Shown: positions 1 to 10,085, counted from the stretch's first letter. The stretch is DNA of 17,525 bases from Fidelibacterota bacterium (GCA_046861655.1 JBHIAI010000028.1:1-17525), one strand, 5' to 3'. The notes: a model not told the origin generated them from the sequence alone. A program made the numbers and translations.

Positions 1-2
1 GA

Positions 3-845
3 TCGGACGAGCCTTTCCCCCGGTTATTGAGAAAGATATACGATCCTCCCGTTCTTCTGTTTGTGAAGGGGACTCTCAAGGAGGCGGACGAGGATGCGGT
101 CGCCATCGTGGGAACCCGAGTTCCCACTCCATACGGACAGAAAGTGGCCCGGGCCCTGGCCAGGGGATTGTCCTCGGCGGGCTTGACGATCGTCAGCGGG
201 TTCGCCAAAGGGGTGGATACCGCAGCCCATGATTCCTGCCTGGCGGCTGGCGGACGGACGCTGGCCGTTCTGGGGAGCGGCCTGGACGTGGTGTACCCGG
301 CGGTGAACCGCAGGCTGGTGGGTCCCGTTACGGAAAACGGTGCCTTGATATCGGAGTTTCCCTTCGGCACAAAGCCCGACGCACCCAATTTTCCCCGGAG
401 AAACCGGATTATCAGCGGCCTGTCCCAGGCCACCGTCGTGGTGGAAGCTGGCAGCAGGAGCGGGGCCATCCTCACCGCCCTCAACGCTGTGGATCAGAAC
501 AGGGAGGTGTTTGCGGTTCCAGGTAGGCTCACGGACGAGAAGAGTGTGGGGTGCCTCCGCCTCATCCGTCTGGGGGCAATCGCCGTCAGAGACGTGGAAC
601 AGATCATCCAGACCATCAATCCAAAACTGAAGTCTCCCCGGACCCCCGTCCAGAGCGAACTGAATCTCGACCTTACTTCGGAGGAATCCATGGTGTACGG
701 GGTTCTGTCGGAAGATCCGAAACACGTGGATGATATTGCAGGGGATACCGACCTTGAGACGTCCCGGGTACTGACCGTACTGCTGCAGATGGAGCTGAAA
801 GGGGCCGTGATCCAACTGGCAGGGAAGCAGTACATTCGGGCTTAG
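3..845 (+). CDS. dprA: DNA-processing protein DprA (Smf), 5'-truncated by the window edge
   Basis: The frame is open to the window start (SDEPFPRLLRKIYDPP...). DprA motifs: AIVGTR..TPYG, IVSGFAKGVDTAAH, LGSG, SEFP, FPRRNRIISGLS, VVEAGSRSGAILTA, REVFAVPG, plus a C-terminal winged-helix-like segment (HVDDIA...LLQMELKG). The TTG at 27 in the ORF track is not the true start. Confidence 0.96.
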   Translation, partial: SDEPFPRLLRKIYDPPVLLFVKGTLKEADEDAVAIVGTRVPTPYGQKVARALARGLSSAGLTIVSGFAKGVDTAAHDSCLAAGGRTLAVLGSGLDVVYPAVNRRLVGPVTENGALISEFPFGTKPDAPNFPRRNRIISGLSQATVVVEAGSRSGAILTALNAVDQNREVFAVPGRLTDEKSVGCLRLIRLGAIAVRDVEQIIQTINPKLKSPRTPVQSELNLDLTSEESMVYGVLSEDPKHVDDIAGDTDLETSRVLTVLLQMELKGAVIQLAGKQYIRA

Positions 846-863
846 GAGGAGAATATTAGCCTT

Positions 864-891
864 TTGAGAACCCGTGCGGGGGGTGTAAATT
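864..891 (+). promoter_or_regulatory. Putative sigma70-type promoter for nrnA and downstream genes
   Basis: TTGAGA (864-869), a 16-nt spacer, then TAAATT (886-891), in an AT-rich 84-nt intergenic gap. Inferred from consensus resemblance only. Confidence 0.4.
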
Positions 892-929
892 TTTTGAATT
901 GACGGGAACCGAACTCCCGGGTCACAACC

Positions 930-2030
930 ATGGAAATGACGACTGCTTCCTTGAAGCAACAGCCGGATGGTCTTGACGGACGCTGGAAGTCTGCGGATGA
1001 TCTCATCCAGAGAGCCCAGCGAATCCTGTGCTCCACTCATGTCAATCCGGACGGCGACGGACTGGGATCCCAGCTGGCTATCCATTCTTTTCTCGAAGAC
1101 CTGGGAAAAGAGTGTAGGATCTTAAACCCGTCTCCCGTTCCTGAAGAGTACAGGTTCCTGTCCCGCTACACACGGTTCGGTACGTACGATCCGTCCCGGG
1201 ACGCACGGTGGGTCAGGAACGCCGACCTGGCCATCATTTTCGATATTGGAGACTACAGCCGGCTTGAAAACCTGGGGAAGGATCTAAAGTCCTTCGGCGT
1301 ACCCCTTTTGTCCATCGATCACCATCCCCATCCCGTTCCCGACGGATTTACTCACATGGTTCACGATGATTCCGCGTGCGCCACGGGGTATCTGGTGCAC
1401 GAATACATCAAGTATTCCAACCGGAGAACGGGCCGGGACGACGGCCTTAGGCCCGAGGTCGCCACGGCACTCTACGTGGCGGTGATGACAGACACAGGTT
1501 CTTTCCGGTTCAGCAACACCTCCCCGGAGGCTCACGAGATGGCCAGTGAATTGATTCGCCATGGAGTTGAGCCTTCCTGGGTGTATGAACAGGTGTACGA
1601 ATCCGGACCCCTGGAAAAGATTCATCTCATGGCGGCGGCCCTGGATACGGTTCAGGTGGATCAGGAAGCGGGACTGGCCTGGTTCACCGTCTCCCTGGAA
1701 ATGGTGGACAGAGCGGGTGCGAGAGCCGGGCATGCCGCCGGATTTACGGATACGGTGAGATCCATTAAGGGGGTGGAAGCAGCTGTCATGATCCGGGAAA
1801 TGTCCCCTGATGAGTGCAAGATCAACTTCCGTTCCAAAGGAAGAATACGGATTGACGCTCTCGCCCGGCGGCTGGGTGGCGGGGGCCATCCCTACGCTTC
1901 CGGGGCCACCATCGCCCTCCCGTTGGAGCAGGCCGTGGAGAAGGTGGTGGCTCTCTGCAGGGAGGAAATGAGGTCTCAACGCAAGCCTGCCAGTTCCCCG
2001 GAAGCAGGCTGGAACGGGGGGTCCAGGTGA
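930..2030 (+). CDS. nrnA: DHH/DHHA1 family bifunctional oligoribonuclease / pAp phosphatase (NrnA-like)
   Basis: Motifs HVNPDGDGLGS, IIFD, IDHH, TDTGSF, FRSKG and GGGHPYASG. The start could be ATG 930 or ATG 936. Confidence 0.9.
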   Translation: MEMTTASLKQQPDGLDGRWKSADDLIQRAQRILCSTHVNPDGDGLGSQLAIHSFLEDLGKECRILNPSPVPEEYRFLSRYTRFGTYDPSRDARWVRNADLAIIFDIGDYSRLENLGKDLKSFGVPLLSIDHHPHPVPDGFTHMVHDDSACATGYLVHEYIKYSNRRTGRDDGLRPEVATALYVAVMTDTGSFRFSNTSPEAHEMASELIRHGVEPSWVYEQVYESGPLEKIHLMAAALDTVQVDQEAGLAWFTVSLEMVDRAGARAGHAAGFTDTVRSIKGVEAAVMIREMSPDECKINFRSKGRIRIDALARRLGGGGHPYASGATIALPLEQAVEKVVALCREEMRSQRKPASSPEAGWNGGSR

Positions 2031-2878
2031 AAATCGTCGTTGCCAAAGACGCCGGCTATTGTTTTGGGGTAAGGGATGCTGTGAATCTCGCTTACGACAG
2101 CTCCCGTGAAGACGGGAAAGTCTACATGCTCGGGCACATCGTTCACAATGAAAGGGTGGTCAAGGACCTGGATCGCGCAGGTGCCAGAGTGGTGGACAGT
2201 CTGGACAAGATCCCCCAGGATGCCCGGGTTTTGTTTCGAGCCCACGGAACGGCTGCTGAAATCTGGGACAAGGCCCATGAGAAAGGGATGAATATCATTG
2301 ACGCCACGTGTCCCCTGGTCAGGGAGATCCACGATGAGGTGGTGAAACTGGAGAAGGAGGGGCGGCCCGTCATTATCATCGGAGATCACGGTCACGATGA
2401 GGTTGTGGGCATTGCCAGTCAGGTGAAGAACCCCACGATCGTTTCCACCCCGGAAGAGGCCCGGGCGCTAAAGAAGATGAAACGTGCCGGGGTGGTCAGT
2501 CAGTCCACTCAGACCATTGAAAACGTTCAGCAAATCATCAATATCCTGATGACCAAGGTATACGACTTAAGGTTCGTGAACACCATCTGCTTTCCCACCA
2601 AACGGAATCAGGAGCAGATCAAGGAACTGGCCGGACAGAGTGACGTCATGATCATTATCGGCTCTTTCACCAGTGCCAATTCAAAGCGGCTGACCCAGCT
2701 GGCCCGGGAGATTAACGGGAACACCCATCAGGTGAATTCAGCCGGTGAAATCGACCCCCGCTGGTTCGACGAGGCCGAGCGGGTTGGAATCTCGGCGGGG
2801 GCGTCCACGCCGGACTACCTTATCGAAGAAGTAAAACAAAGAATTGAGGAGATATCTGTACCTGTGAAGGAGGCGTAG
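2027..2878 (+). CDS. ispH: 4-hydroxy-3-methylbut-2-enyl diphosphate reductase (IspH/LytB)
   Basis: Three Fe-S cysteines (GYCFGV, DATCPLV, NTICF), plus IVHN, RAHG, GHDEV, SANS and AGASTP. The GTG start overlaps the nrnA stop (GTGA). Confidence 0.97.
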   Translation: MKIVVAKDAGYCFGVRDAVNLAYDSSREDGKVYMLGHIVHNERVVKDLDRAGARVVDSLDKIPQDARVLFRAHGTAAEIWDKAHEKGMNIIDATCPLVREIHDEVVKLEKEGRPVIIIGDHGHDEVVGIASQVKNPTIVSTPEEARALKKMKRAGVVSQSTQTIENVQQIINILMTKVYDLRFVNTICFPTKRNQEQIKELAGQSDVMIIIGSFTSANSKRLTQLAREINGNTHQVNSAGEIDPRWFDEAERVGISAGASTPDYLIEEVKQRIEEISVPVKEA

Positions 2879-2882
2879 AGCC

Positions 2883-3764
2883 ATGGAAAAAGGATCCTTG
2901 GAAGTCAAAGTAGGCCTGGCGGAAATGCTCAAAGGGGGCGTCATCATGGATGTCACCACGGTTGAGCAGGCCAGGATCGGGGAAGACGCCGGCGCCGTCG
3001 CAGTCATGGCCCTGGAAAGGATCCCCGCGGACATTCGTTCTGAGGGCGGGATTGCCCGGATGTCGGATTTGAAGATGATCAAAGATATTCAAGAAGCCGT
3101 CTCCATTCCCGTCATGGCCAAGTGCAGGATAGGGCATTTTGCAGAAGCCCAGATTCTTGAGACTATCGGGGTTGACTACATTGATGAGAGTGAGGTCCTG
3201 ACCCCCGCGGATGAGTCCCACCATATCAATAAACACCCCTTTACGGTCCCCTTCGTGTGTGGATGCCGGGACCTGGGGGAAGCCCTCCGGCGTATCGGTG
3301 AAGGGGCGGCATTGATCCGGACCAAAGGGGAAGCGGGAAGCGGAAATATCGTGGAAGCGGTTCGCCACATGCGTTTGGTTCAGAACGGCATTCAGGAACT
3401 CGCGACCGCCCGAGAGGAAGAACTTATGGCCAGGGCCAAAGAGATGGGTGCGCCCTTTTCCATCGTGAAACAGGTGGCCAAGCTGGGGAAACTGCCCGTT
3501 CCCAACTTTGCCGCCGGAGGCATAGCCACGCCGGCCGACGCCGTGCTCATGATGCAACTGGGTGCGGAGAGTGTTTTTGTGGGGTCTGGAATCTTCAAGT
3601 CAGAAGATCCTCCATCCAGGGCGAAAGCGATTGTGGCTGCGGTGACATACTTCGATGATCCCAGGAAAGTGGCTGAAGTGTCCTACGGTTTGAAAAAGGC
3701 CATGAAGGGGCTTGATATCTCCGAAATCCCAGAAGAACAGCGTCTTCAGGAACGGGGCTGGTAG
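2883..3764 (+). CDS. pdxS: Pyridoxal 5'-phosphate synthase lyase subunit PdxS
   Basis: [30 protein letters not shown] (catalytic Lys), [38 protein letters not shown] and C-terminal QERGW. Confidence 0.98.
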   Translation: MEKGSLEVKVGLAEMLKGGVIMDVTTVEQARIGEDAGAVAVMALERIPADIRSEGGIARMSDLKMIKDIQEAVSIPVMAKCRIGHFAEAQILETIGVDYIDESEVLTPADESHHINKHPFTVPFVCGCRDLGEALRRIGEGAALIRTKGEAGSGNIVEAVRHMRLVQNGIQELATAREEELMARAKEMGAPFSIVKQVAKLGKLPVPNFAAGGIATPADAVLMMQLGAESVFVGSGIFKSEDPPSRAKAIVAAVTYFDDPRKVAEVSYGLKKAMKGLDISEIPEEQRLQERGW

Positions 3765-4351
3765 TGACCACCATCGGTGTCCTGGGACTCCAGGGGGACT
3801 TCGAGAGACACCAGGCAGTATTCGCCCATCTTGAGGTTTCCCCGAGAAAAGTCCGGTATCCCGGCGATCTTGAGGGATGCCAGGCCCTCATCATTCCCGG
3901 AGGCGAATCCACGACTATTTCCCGGTTACTGGACTTCATCGGCCTGCGGGACACCATTCTGGAGTTTGCCAAGGTCCACCCGGTCCTGGGAACCTGTGCC
4001 GGGATGATCCTGATGGCGAGAGAGGTGAACGATGCCAGGATTCGTCCCCTGGGACTCATGGACATTGAAGTGGAAAGGAACGCGTACGGACGCCAGGTGG
4101 AGTCCTTCACGGCGGCCGTCGATTTTCATGCCAACGGGCAACGGGAGGCGTTGAAGGGGATCTTTATCCGGGCTCCCAGGATCAAGTCCGTGGGTGACAG
4201 GGTGGAAATTCTCGCCTCTCTCCACGGCGAACCGGTTTTCGTCAGGGACGGTCACCATCTGGCGACCGCCTTTCACCCCGAATTGTCTGATAGCATGACC
4301 ATCCATTCCTACCTCCTTACTCTGTCGGGGAAAACCGAGAGTGTCCCCTAA
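3764..4351 (+). CDS. pdxT: Pyridoxal 5'-phosphate synthase glutaminase subunit PdxT
   Basis: GVLGLQGDF, PGGESTT, GTCAG (catalytic Cys), RNAYGRQVESF, FIRAP and FHPE (His-Glu). The GTG start overlaps the pdxS stop by 1 nt. Confidence 0.98.
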   Translation: MTTIGVLGLQGDFERHQAVFAHLEVSPRKVRYPGDLEGCQALIIPGGESTTISRLLDFIGLRDTILEFAKVHPVLGTCAGMILMAREVNDARIRPLGLMDIEVERNAYGRQVESFTAAVDFHANGQREALKGIFIRAPRIKSVGDRVEILASLHGEPVFVRDGHHLATAFHPELSDSMTIHSYLLTLSGKTESVP

Positions 4352-6233
4352 CCTGAACCTTCTTTCTAAGATCGACTCGCCCGAAGATCTCAGGGCTCTT
4401 CCGGTGAATCAACTGGGTGGGGTCTGTCAGGAACTTCGGGACTACATCATAGATGTGGTCGAGGAAAAGGGGGGGCACTTCGCTTCCCCCCTGGGCGTGG
4501 TGGATCTGACCGTTGCCCTTCACAGGGCCTTCGACACACCGCGCGATCTCGTGATATGGGACGTGGGACACCAGTGCTATGCCCACAAAATTCTCACGGG
4601 CCGCAGGGACGAATTCCCGACCCTCCGACAGGATGATGGCATCAGCGGTTTCTGTCGCCGCTCGGAGAGCGAGTACGACGTTTTCGGGGCTGGTCATGCC
4701 TCAACGGCCATATCGGCGGCCTTGGGACTGGCCAGGGGCAGGGATCTGAAAGGTGGAAGCCACCGGGTTGTCGCCGTCGTTGGGGATGGGGCCCTGAGCG
4801 GGGGACTGGCCTACGAAGGACTCAATAATGCAGCCATGTTGGACAGCCAGTTCCTCATTGTCCTTAACGACAACCGCATGTCCATTTCTCCTACCGTGGG
4901 CGCCTTTTCCCACTATCTAACGAAAGTCGTTACCAATCCTCTCTACAACCGGGTCCGGGACAAAATGTGGGAGCTGACAGGGAAGCTCCCCAAAGGATCT
5001 GTGACCGTTCGACGGTTTCTCCACAGCATACAGGAAGGTCTCAAGACGTTCCTGGTACCCGGTATGATCTTTGAAGAGCTGGGCATTCGGTATTTCGGTC
5101 CTATAGACGGCCACGACATGGATGAAATGCTCGAGACCCTGGACAAATTGAAGGATTTCCCCAGGCCGGCCGTGGTCCACGTTTTGACAAGAAAAGGGGT
5201 GGGGAAAAAGCAGGCCGAAGCGGATCCTCTGGGATTCTACAGTCTCTCCGGAAGGAAGGACGGCAAGACTACAGACGAGACGGCTCCCCCCTATAACAAG
5301 GTGTTTGGAAAGGTTACCTGTGAGCTGGCGGAAAAGGACCCGGCTATCTGTTGTGTGGTGGCCGCCATGCGGGAGGGTACGGGGCTGGTGGAATTTGCCA
5401 AGAAATATCCCGACAGGTTTTTCGATTCTGGCATTGCCGAAGGGCACAGCGTCACTTTCGCCGGCGGACTGGTACTGTCGGGGATGAAACCCATCGTGGC
5501 GATCTACTCCACCTTTCTCCAGCGAAGTTTTGACATGCTCATCCACGACGTGGCTCTTCAGGACTTGCCCGTGGTGTTTGTCCTCGACCGGGCAGGTGTG
5601 GTGGGACCCGATGGTCCTACCCACCATGGGGTGTTCGATCTGGCCTACCTCCGGTTGATTCCAGGATTCACCATCGCAGCCCCAAAAGACGGAAACGAAC
5701 TGAGGAATCTCCTGTATACAGCCGTCAACCATGACGGCGGACCTTTCGCCATCCGGTACCCCAAAGCATCCAGCATGCGGTTTGAGGAAAACAAGAAGCC
5801 CGATCGGCTGAAGATCGGATCCTGGGAAGTTGTGTCCGAAGGGGAAGATCTGGCCATTCTTGCCGTGGGAAGCATGGTTCAGCAGGCCAGGGAATCGTTG
5901 GAAGGTCTGGGGGAGGATATTCCCTCGCCGCAGCTTGTCAACGCCCGGTTCGTCAAACCCCTGGATGATGCAATGCTGGACGACATCTCGAATCGCTTTG
6001 ACACGGTCCTTACCCTTGAAGAGGGGGCGCTGACCGGGGGCTTCGGGTCGTCGGTGGTTTCCTGGCTGAACGAACAAGGGTACGGGGGCAAGGTGGTCCG
6101 GCTGGGTATTCCCGATTCATTCGTCAGCCACGGCAGCCGAAGCCGTCTTCTCGACTCTCTGGGTCTTTCCGCCAGGAAAATCCGGGATACTGTGGTCAGG
6201 ATCAAGGCAGGCGAACCGGTGCGGCCCTCCTGA
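4341..6233 (+). CDS. dxs: 1-deoxy-D-xylulose-5-phosphate synthase (with divergent active-site loop)
   Basis: GGHFAS.LG, IWDVGHQ.Y.HKILTGR, GAGHAST, ThDP motif GDGA...LNDN, FEELG..Y.GP.DGH, IAE.H, IYSTFLQR, DRAG..G.DGPTH and NARFVKPLD. Confidence 0.95.
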   Translation: MSPNLNLLSKIDSPEDLRALPVNQLGGVCQELRDYIIDVVEEKGGHFASPLGVVDLTVALHRAFDTPRDLVIWDVGHQCYAHKILTGRRDEFPTLRQDDGISGFCRRSESEYDVFGAGHASTAISAALGLARGRDLKGGSHRVVAVVGDGALSGGLAYEGLNNAAMLDSQFLIVLNDNRMSISPTVGAFSHYLTKVVTNPLYNRVRDKMWELTGKLPKGSVTVRRFLHSIQEGLKTFLVPGMIFEELGIRYFGPIDGHDMDEMLETLDKLKDFPRPAVVHVLTRKGVGKKQAEADPLGFYSLSGRKDGKTTDETAPPYNKVFGKVTCELAEKDPAICCVVAAMREGTGLVEFAKKYPDRFFDSGIAEGHSVTFAGGLVLSGMKPIVAIYSTFLQRSFDMLIHDVALQDLPVVFVLDRAGVVGPDGPTHHGVFDLAYLRLIPGFTIAAPKDGNELRNLLYTAVNHDGGPFAIRYPKASSMRFEENKKPDRLKIGSWEVVSEGEDLAILAVGSMVQQARESLEGLGEDIPSPQLVNARFVKPLDDAMLDDISNRFDTVLTLEEGALTGGFGSSVVSWLNEQGYGGKVVRLGIPDSFVSHGSRSRLLDSLGLSARKIRDTVVRIKAGEPVRPS

Positions 6234-6246
6234 ACCTCCCTAACGT

Positions 6247-7992
6247 GTGAGCTCCGCCCTCCTTGCCCTGACAGGCCTCAGTGTTTTCGTCCTGGGCTAC
6301 CGGTTCTACGCGCGAAAGATCGGCTCCACGCTCTACCACAGTGACCGGGATATCACCACCCCTGCTCACGAAATGGAAGACGGGATGGACTATGTTCCCA
6401 CCCGGCGGCATATTCTATTCGGTCATCATTTCACCTCCATTGCAGGGGCCGCGCCCATCATAGGGCCGTGCGTGGCTGCCTACTGGGGGTGGCTTCCGGC
6501 CTTTCTCTGGGTAGTCCTGGGTACCGTGTTCATGGGGGCGGTGCACGATTTCGGCGCCCTGGTGGTGAGCGTGCGGGAAAAAGGGAGGAGCATCGCCGAC
6601 ATAACCGGGGATCTGATCACGGGCCGGGCCAGGATCATGTTCCTGGCATTTGTTCTCATGCTAATCTGGCTGGTTCTGTCGGTCTTTGCCATGGCCATCG
6701 CCGATCTGTTTGTGTCTGTGCCTGCGTCCGTTTTGCCCATCAATATCGAGATCGTACTGGCCATTGCCACGGGCTGGCTTCTGTATAAGAAACGGGCTAG
6801 ATCCCTGGGACCGTCCCTGGGTGCCCTGGGTATCCTCTATCTTTTTGTCTGGCTCGGGTCTTATTTTCCTTTGAGCCTGGGAAGCTTGGGACTCTCAAGG
6901 GAGGCCGCCGTCCATACCTGGGTGATCTTGCTGTTCATCTATTCCGGAGTGGCCAGCCTTTTGCCGGTGTGGTTTCTGTTGCAGCCGAGAGATTACATCA
7001 ACAGCCATCAGCTGTTCGTGGGACTGGCGCTCCTGTATCTGGGAATATTTGTGGCCCATCCCGTCCTGGATGCACCCGCCTTCCGGGCGGCGACTGATCC
7101 CTCCGCTCCCCCTCTTTTTCCCATCCTTTTTGTCACCATCGCCTGCGGAGCTATCAGCGGTTTCCACGGACTGGTAGCCTCGGGAACCACCTCCAAGCAG
7201 ATCAACAGCATGAAGGATGCCCGGTTCATCGGGTACGGGGGCATGGTGGGGGAAGGGACCCTGGCCCTGGCTTCCACCATCGCCGCCGTGGCAGGAATCG
7301 CTTTGATCGCCTCTTGCGATCTGCCGTCCGTTGGACACGTGGAGGATCTCTCCTGGGCGGTCTACTACGACAAGTGGACGCACGCCAGCTCCAACAAGGC
7401 AGCCGCCTTTGTATTGGGAGGGGGGGCGTTGATCCAGCAATTGGGCATCGGTCCTCAATTCGCAACCACTCTCATGGCGGTCCTGGTGATTTCTTTTGCC
7501 GCCACCACCCTCGACACGGCTACACGGATCCAGCGGTTCGTCCTGTCCGAACTGGGCACCGCCACCCGCACGAAGGCTCTCACAAACCGCTACACGGCCA
7601 CCCTGGTTGCTCTGGCTCCTGCGGTGGTACTGACCCTGTGGAATGTCCCCGATCCGTCCGGAACAGGTCTCAAGCAGGCAGGATGGGTGCTGTGGCCTGT
7701 GTTCGGGGCCAGCAATCAGATGCTGGCAGGCCTGACCCTCATGGTGGTGACCCTGTACTTCTGGGTCCGGAAAAGACCCGTATTGCCTGTTTTGATCCCC
7801 ATGGTGTTTCTCATGCTGGTGACCCTGGTGTCCCTTGTTCTAAAGGCCAGGGATTTTTATCTTCATGATAGACTTCTCTTCGGTATCAACGCAGTCTTGA
7901 TACTGCTTGTTGTATGGATGATTCTGGAAGGTTTGGCGGCCGTGGGCCGCTTGAGACGGCCCACAGGAAGGGTGGGAGAAAGCGTTGACTGA
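6247..7992 (+). CDS. cstA: Carbon starvation protein A family membrane transporter (peptide/pyruvate uptake)
   Basis: [67 protein letters not shown] and [10 protein letters not shown], with many hydrophobic segments. Confidence 0.95.
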   Translation: MSSALLALTGLSVFVLGYRFYARKIGSTLYHSDRDITTPAHEMEDGMDYVPTRRHILFGHHFTSIAGAAPIIGPCVAAYWGWLPAFLWVVLGTVFMGAVHDFGALVVSVREKGRSIADITGDLITGRARIMFLAFVLMLIWLVLSVFAMAIADLFVSVPASVLPINIEIVLAIATGWLLYKKRARSLGPSLGALGILYLFVWLGSYFPLSLGSLGLSREAAVHTWVILLFIYSGVASLLPVWFLLQPRDYINSHQLFVGLALLYLGIFVAHPVLDAPAFRAATDPSAPPLFPILFVTIACGAISGFHGLVASGTTSKQINSMKDARFIGYGGMVGEGTLALASTIAAVAGIALIASCDLPSVGHVEDLSWAVYYDKWTHASSNKAAAFVLGGGALIQQLGIGPQFATTLMAVLVISFAATTLDTATRIQRFVLSELGTATRTKALTNRYTATLVALAPAVVLTLWNVPDPSGTGLKQAGWVLWPVFGASNQMLAGLTLMVVTLYFWVRKRPVLPVLIPMVFLMLVTLVSLVLKARDFYLHDRLLFGINAVLILLVVWMILEGLAAVGRLRRPTGRVGESVD

Positions 7993-9649
7993 GAATAAGC
8001 AATTGAACCTTTTTGACGAGAGAAAAGCCCAATGGAAAAGGGAGGCGGAATCGTCCGCCACCCGGGATTACAGCTTTGAAACGGTGAGTGGTGAACAGGT
8101 GGACCTGTTGTACCTGCCAGATAAGCCGGACGGGGACTACCTGGAGAAACTGGGTTTTCCCGGACAATACCCCTACACCCGGGGGATACACCCCAACATG
8201 TACCGGGGAAGGTTGTGGACCATGCGTCAGTTTTCGGGATACGGGACCCCGAAAGAGACCAATCAGCGATTCCATTTTCTCCTGAAGGGGGGACAGACGG
8301 GGCTCTCCATCGCCTACGACATGCCTACCCTTATGGGGTTGGACCCGGACGCCTCCTTGAGCCTGGGGGAGGTAGGTCGGTGCGGGGTCTCGGTTTCCTG
8401 CCTCGACGACATGAGAACCCTGTTCAAGGACATTGACCTTGGAAAGGTAAGTGTTTCCCAGACCATTAACGGACCCGCCGTGGTCCTTCTCGCCTTCTAT
8501 GTGGCAGCGGCACAAGAACAGGGTGTACCCCTGGAGTCCCTCCGCGGTACCCTTCAGAATGACATCCTGAAGGAATTCATCGCCCAGAAGGAATGGATTT
8601 TCCCACCCGAACCTCACCTTCGTATTATCACGGACATCGTTGAATTCTGCACCGGGAAGATGCCCCAGTTCAATACCATCTCTATCAGCGGATATCACAT
8701 CCGGGAGGCGGGTTCTACCGCGGTTCAGGAACTGGCCTTTACCCTCCTCGACGGGTTCACCTACGTGGAGCACGCCCTTGAAAGAGGGATTCCTGTAGAC
8801 GCCTTTGCGCCAAGGTTTTCGTTTTTCTTCAATTCCCACCTCGATTTCTTCGAGGAAGTGGCAAAGTTCCGGGCGGCCAGACGAATCTGGGCTCGGGCCA
8901 TGAAAGAAACCTACGGAGCCAAAGAGCCCCGTTCATGGAAACTGCGGTTTCATACCCAGACTGCCGGCTGTACCCTGACAGCACAGCAGCCTGAGATCAA
9001 CATCGTACGAACCGCGTTTCAGGCCCTGGCGGGTGTGCTGGGAGGGTCTCAGTCACTCCATACCAACTCCATGGATGAGACCCTGGCTCTTCCCACAGAA
9101 AAGGCGGCAGAGATTGCGTTGAGAACCCAGCAGCTGGTGGCCTACGAATCGGGGGTGTCCAACGTGGTGGATCCCCTGGGTGGGTCATGGTACCTGGAAT
9201 CCCTCACAGACAGGATGGAAGAAAAGGCTCACCAGTATTTCGAGAAGGTGGATTCACTTGGGGGGGTGATTCCCGCCATCGAAGACGGTTACTTCCAGTC
9301 GGAAATCGCCAGGGCAGCGTACGACTACGAGAAGAAACTGAACGAAAAGAAACGGATTGTGGTTGGCGTGAACGAGTTTGTGAGAGAGGACGAAAAGCTC
9401 GAAATCCCCCTCCTTGAAATCGGGGACGAAGTGGAAAAAGGTCAGATTGAAAGAATCCGTCGTCTGAAATCGGACAGGAATTCCCGGGAAGTTGAAGAAT
9501 CCCTGATCCGTGTTGAGGACGCATGCCGATCGGATGAAAACGTGGTCCCGCACGTTATCCAGGCCGCAACGGCGGGCGCCACACTGGGCGAAATCGTGGG
9601 GGCTATGAAAAAGGTGTTTGGCGAATGGCAAGAATCCCCGAAGTTTTAG
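7985..9649 (+). CDS. icmA: Coenzyme B12-dependent acyl-CoA mutase, large (substrate-binding) subunit; likely isobutyryl-CoA mutase IcmA
   Basis: Methylmalonyl-CoA mutase (MCM) family motifs [58 protein letters not shown] and ATLGEI. No C-terminal DxHxxG B12-binding domain. The specificity positions are Phe83 (RQF) and Gln201 (IAQKEW). TTG start with GGGAG upstream. Family assignment is near-certain; the substrate is inferred. Confidence 0.8.
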   Translation: MTENKQLNLFDERKAQWKREAESSATRDYSFETVSGEQVDLLYLPDKPDGDYLEKLGFPGQYPYTRGIHPNMYRGRLWTMRQFSGYGTPKETNQRFHFLLKGGQTGLSIAYDMPTLMGLDPDASLSLGEVGRCGVSVSCLDDMRTLFKDIDLGKVSVSQTINGPAVVLLAFYVAAAQEQGVPLESLRGTLQNDILKEFIAQKEWIFPPEPHLRIITDIVEFCTGKMPQFNTISISGYHIREAGSTAVQELAFTLLDGFTYVEHALERGIPVDAFAPRFSFFFNSHLDFFEEVAKFRAARRIWARAMKETYGAKEPRSWKLRFHTQTAGCTLTAQQPEINIVRTAFQALAGVLGGSQSLHTNSMDETLALPTEKAAEIALRTQQLVAYESGVSNVVDPLGGSWYLESLTDRMEEKAHQYFEKVDSLGGVIPAIEDGYFQSEIARAAYDYEKKLNEKKRIVVGVNEFVREDEKLEIPLLEIGDEVEKGQIERIRRLKSDRNSREVEESLIRVEDACRSDENVVPHVIQAATAGATLGEIVGAMKKVFGEWQESPKF

Positions 9650-9674
9650 TACTGCAAACTGCAGGGAGAAAAAG

Positions 9675-10085
9675 ATGAAACTACGAAGCAAGTTTCCGGT
9701 CGTCATCATCGCAGTTGCCTTTCTCTTGATTCTGTGGGTAGCCATGGGGTTTGAAGGCAACGAAATGCCGTATGTGACCATCCAGGAATTGAAAGAGACA
9801 CAGCCTCCCAGGCCGGATAAGCGTCTTCGGTTAGGGGGGAACGTCAAGGAGGGGTCCATCGTCCGTGATACGGACAATCCCCTGAATCTTGCCTTCGATC
9901 TCAAGCAGGGGGACCAGACCCTTCTGGTCACCTACAACAAGATCGTTCCGGACATGTTCAAGGATGGTGCCGAGGTCATCGTGGAAGGTTACTACGTTGA
10001 GGGGACCCTCCGGGCCGATAATCTCATGACCAAGTGTGCTTCCCGCTACGAGGGGGATCTGCGGGACGCCGACCGGATGAACTGA
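9675..10085 (+). CDS. ccmE: Cytochrome c maturation heme chaperone CcmE, CxxxY (System I*) type
   Basis: ATG 9675 follows AGGGAG and is preferred over the ORF-track start at 9618. N-terminal TM anchor, RLGGNV..GSI, V.Y....PDMFKDG.EVIVEG and LMTKCASRY (Cys in place of His). Confidence 0.95.
   Translation: MKLRSKFPVVIIAVAFLLILWVAMGFEGNEMPYVTIQELKETQPPRPDKRLRLGGNVKEGSIVRDTDNPLNLAFDLKQGDQTLLVTYNKIVPDMFKDGAEVIVEGYYVEGTLRADNLMTKCASRYEGDLRDADRMN

Noticed and set aside
871..880. CCCG-TG-CGGG inverted repeat in the promoter spacer as an operator
   Set aside because: The arms are only 4 bp, which is expected by chance in GC-rich DNA.
5754..5765. DXS RYPK in place of RYPR (E. coli R478 equivalent)
   Set aside because: This is a conservative basic substitution that I recall from other DXS proteins, so it is not informative alone.
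7985..9649. Mutase as a truncated pseudogene because it lacks the B12 domain
   Set aside because: Split large/small-subunit mutases are common, and the length and C-terminus (ATLGEI...VFG.W) match intact large subunits.
9618..9674. ORF-track start of ccmE at 9618
   Set aside because: It overlaps the mutase gene by 32 nt. ATG 9675 has a good SD and places the TM anchor at the N-terminus.
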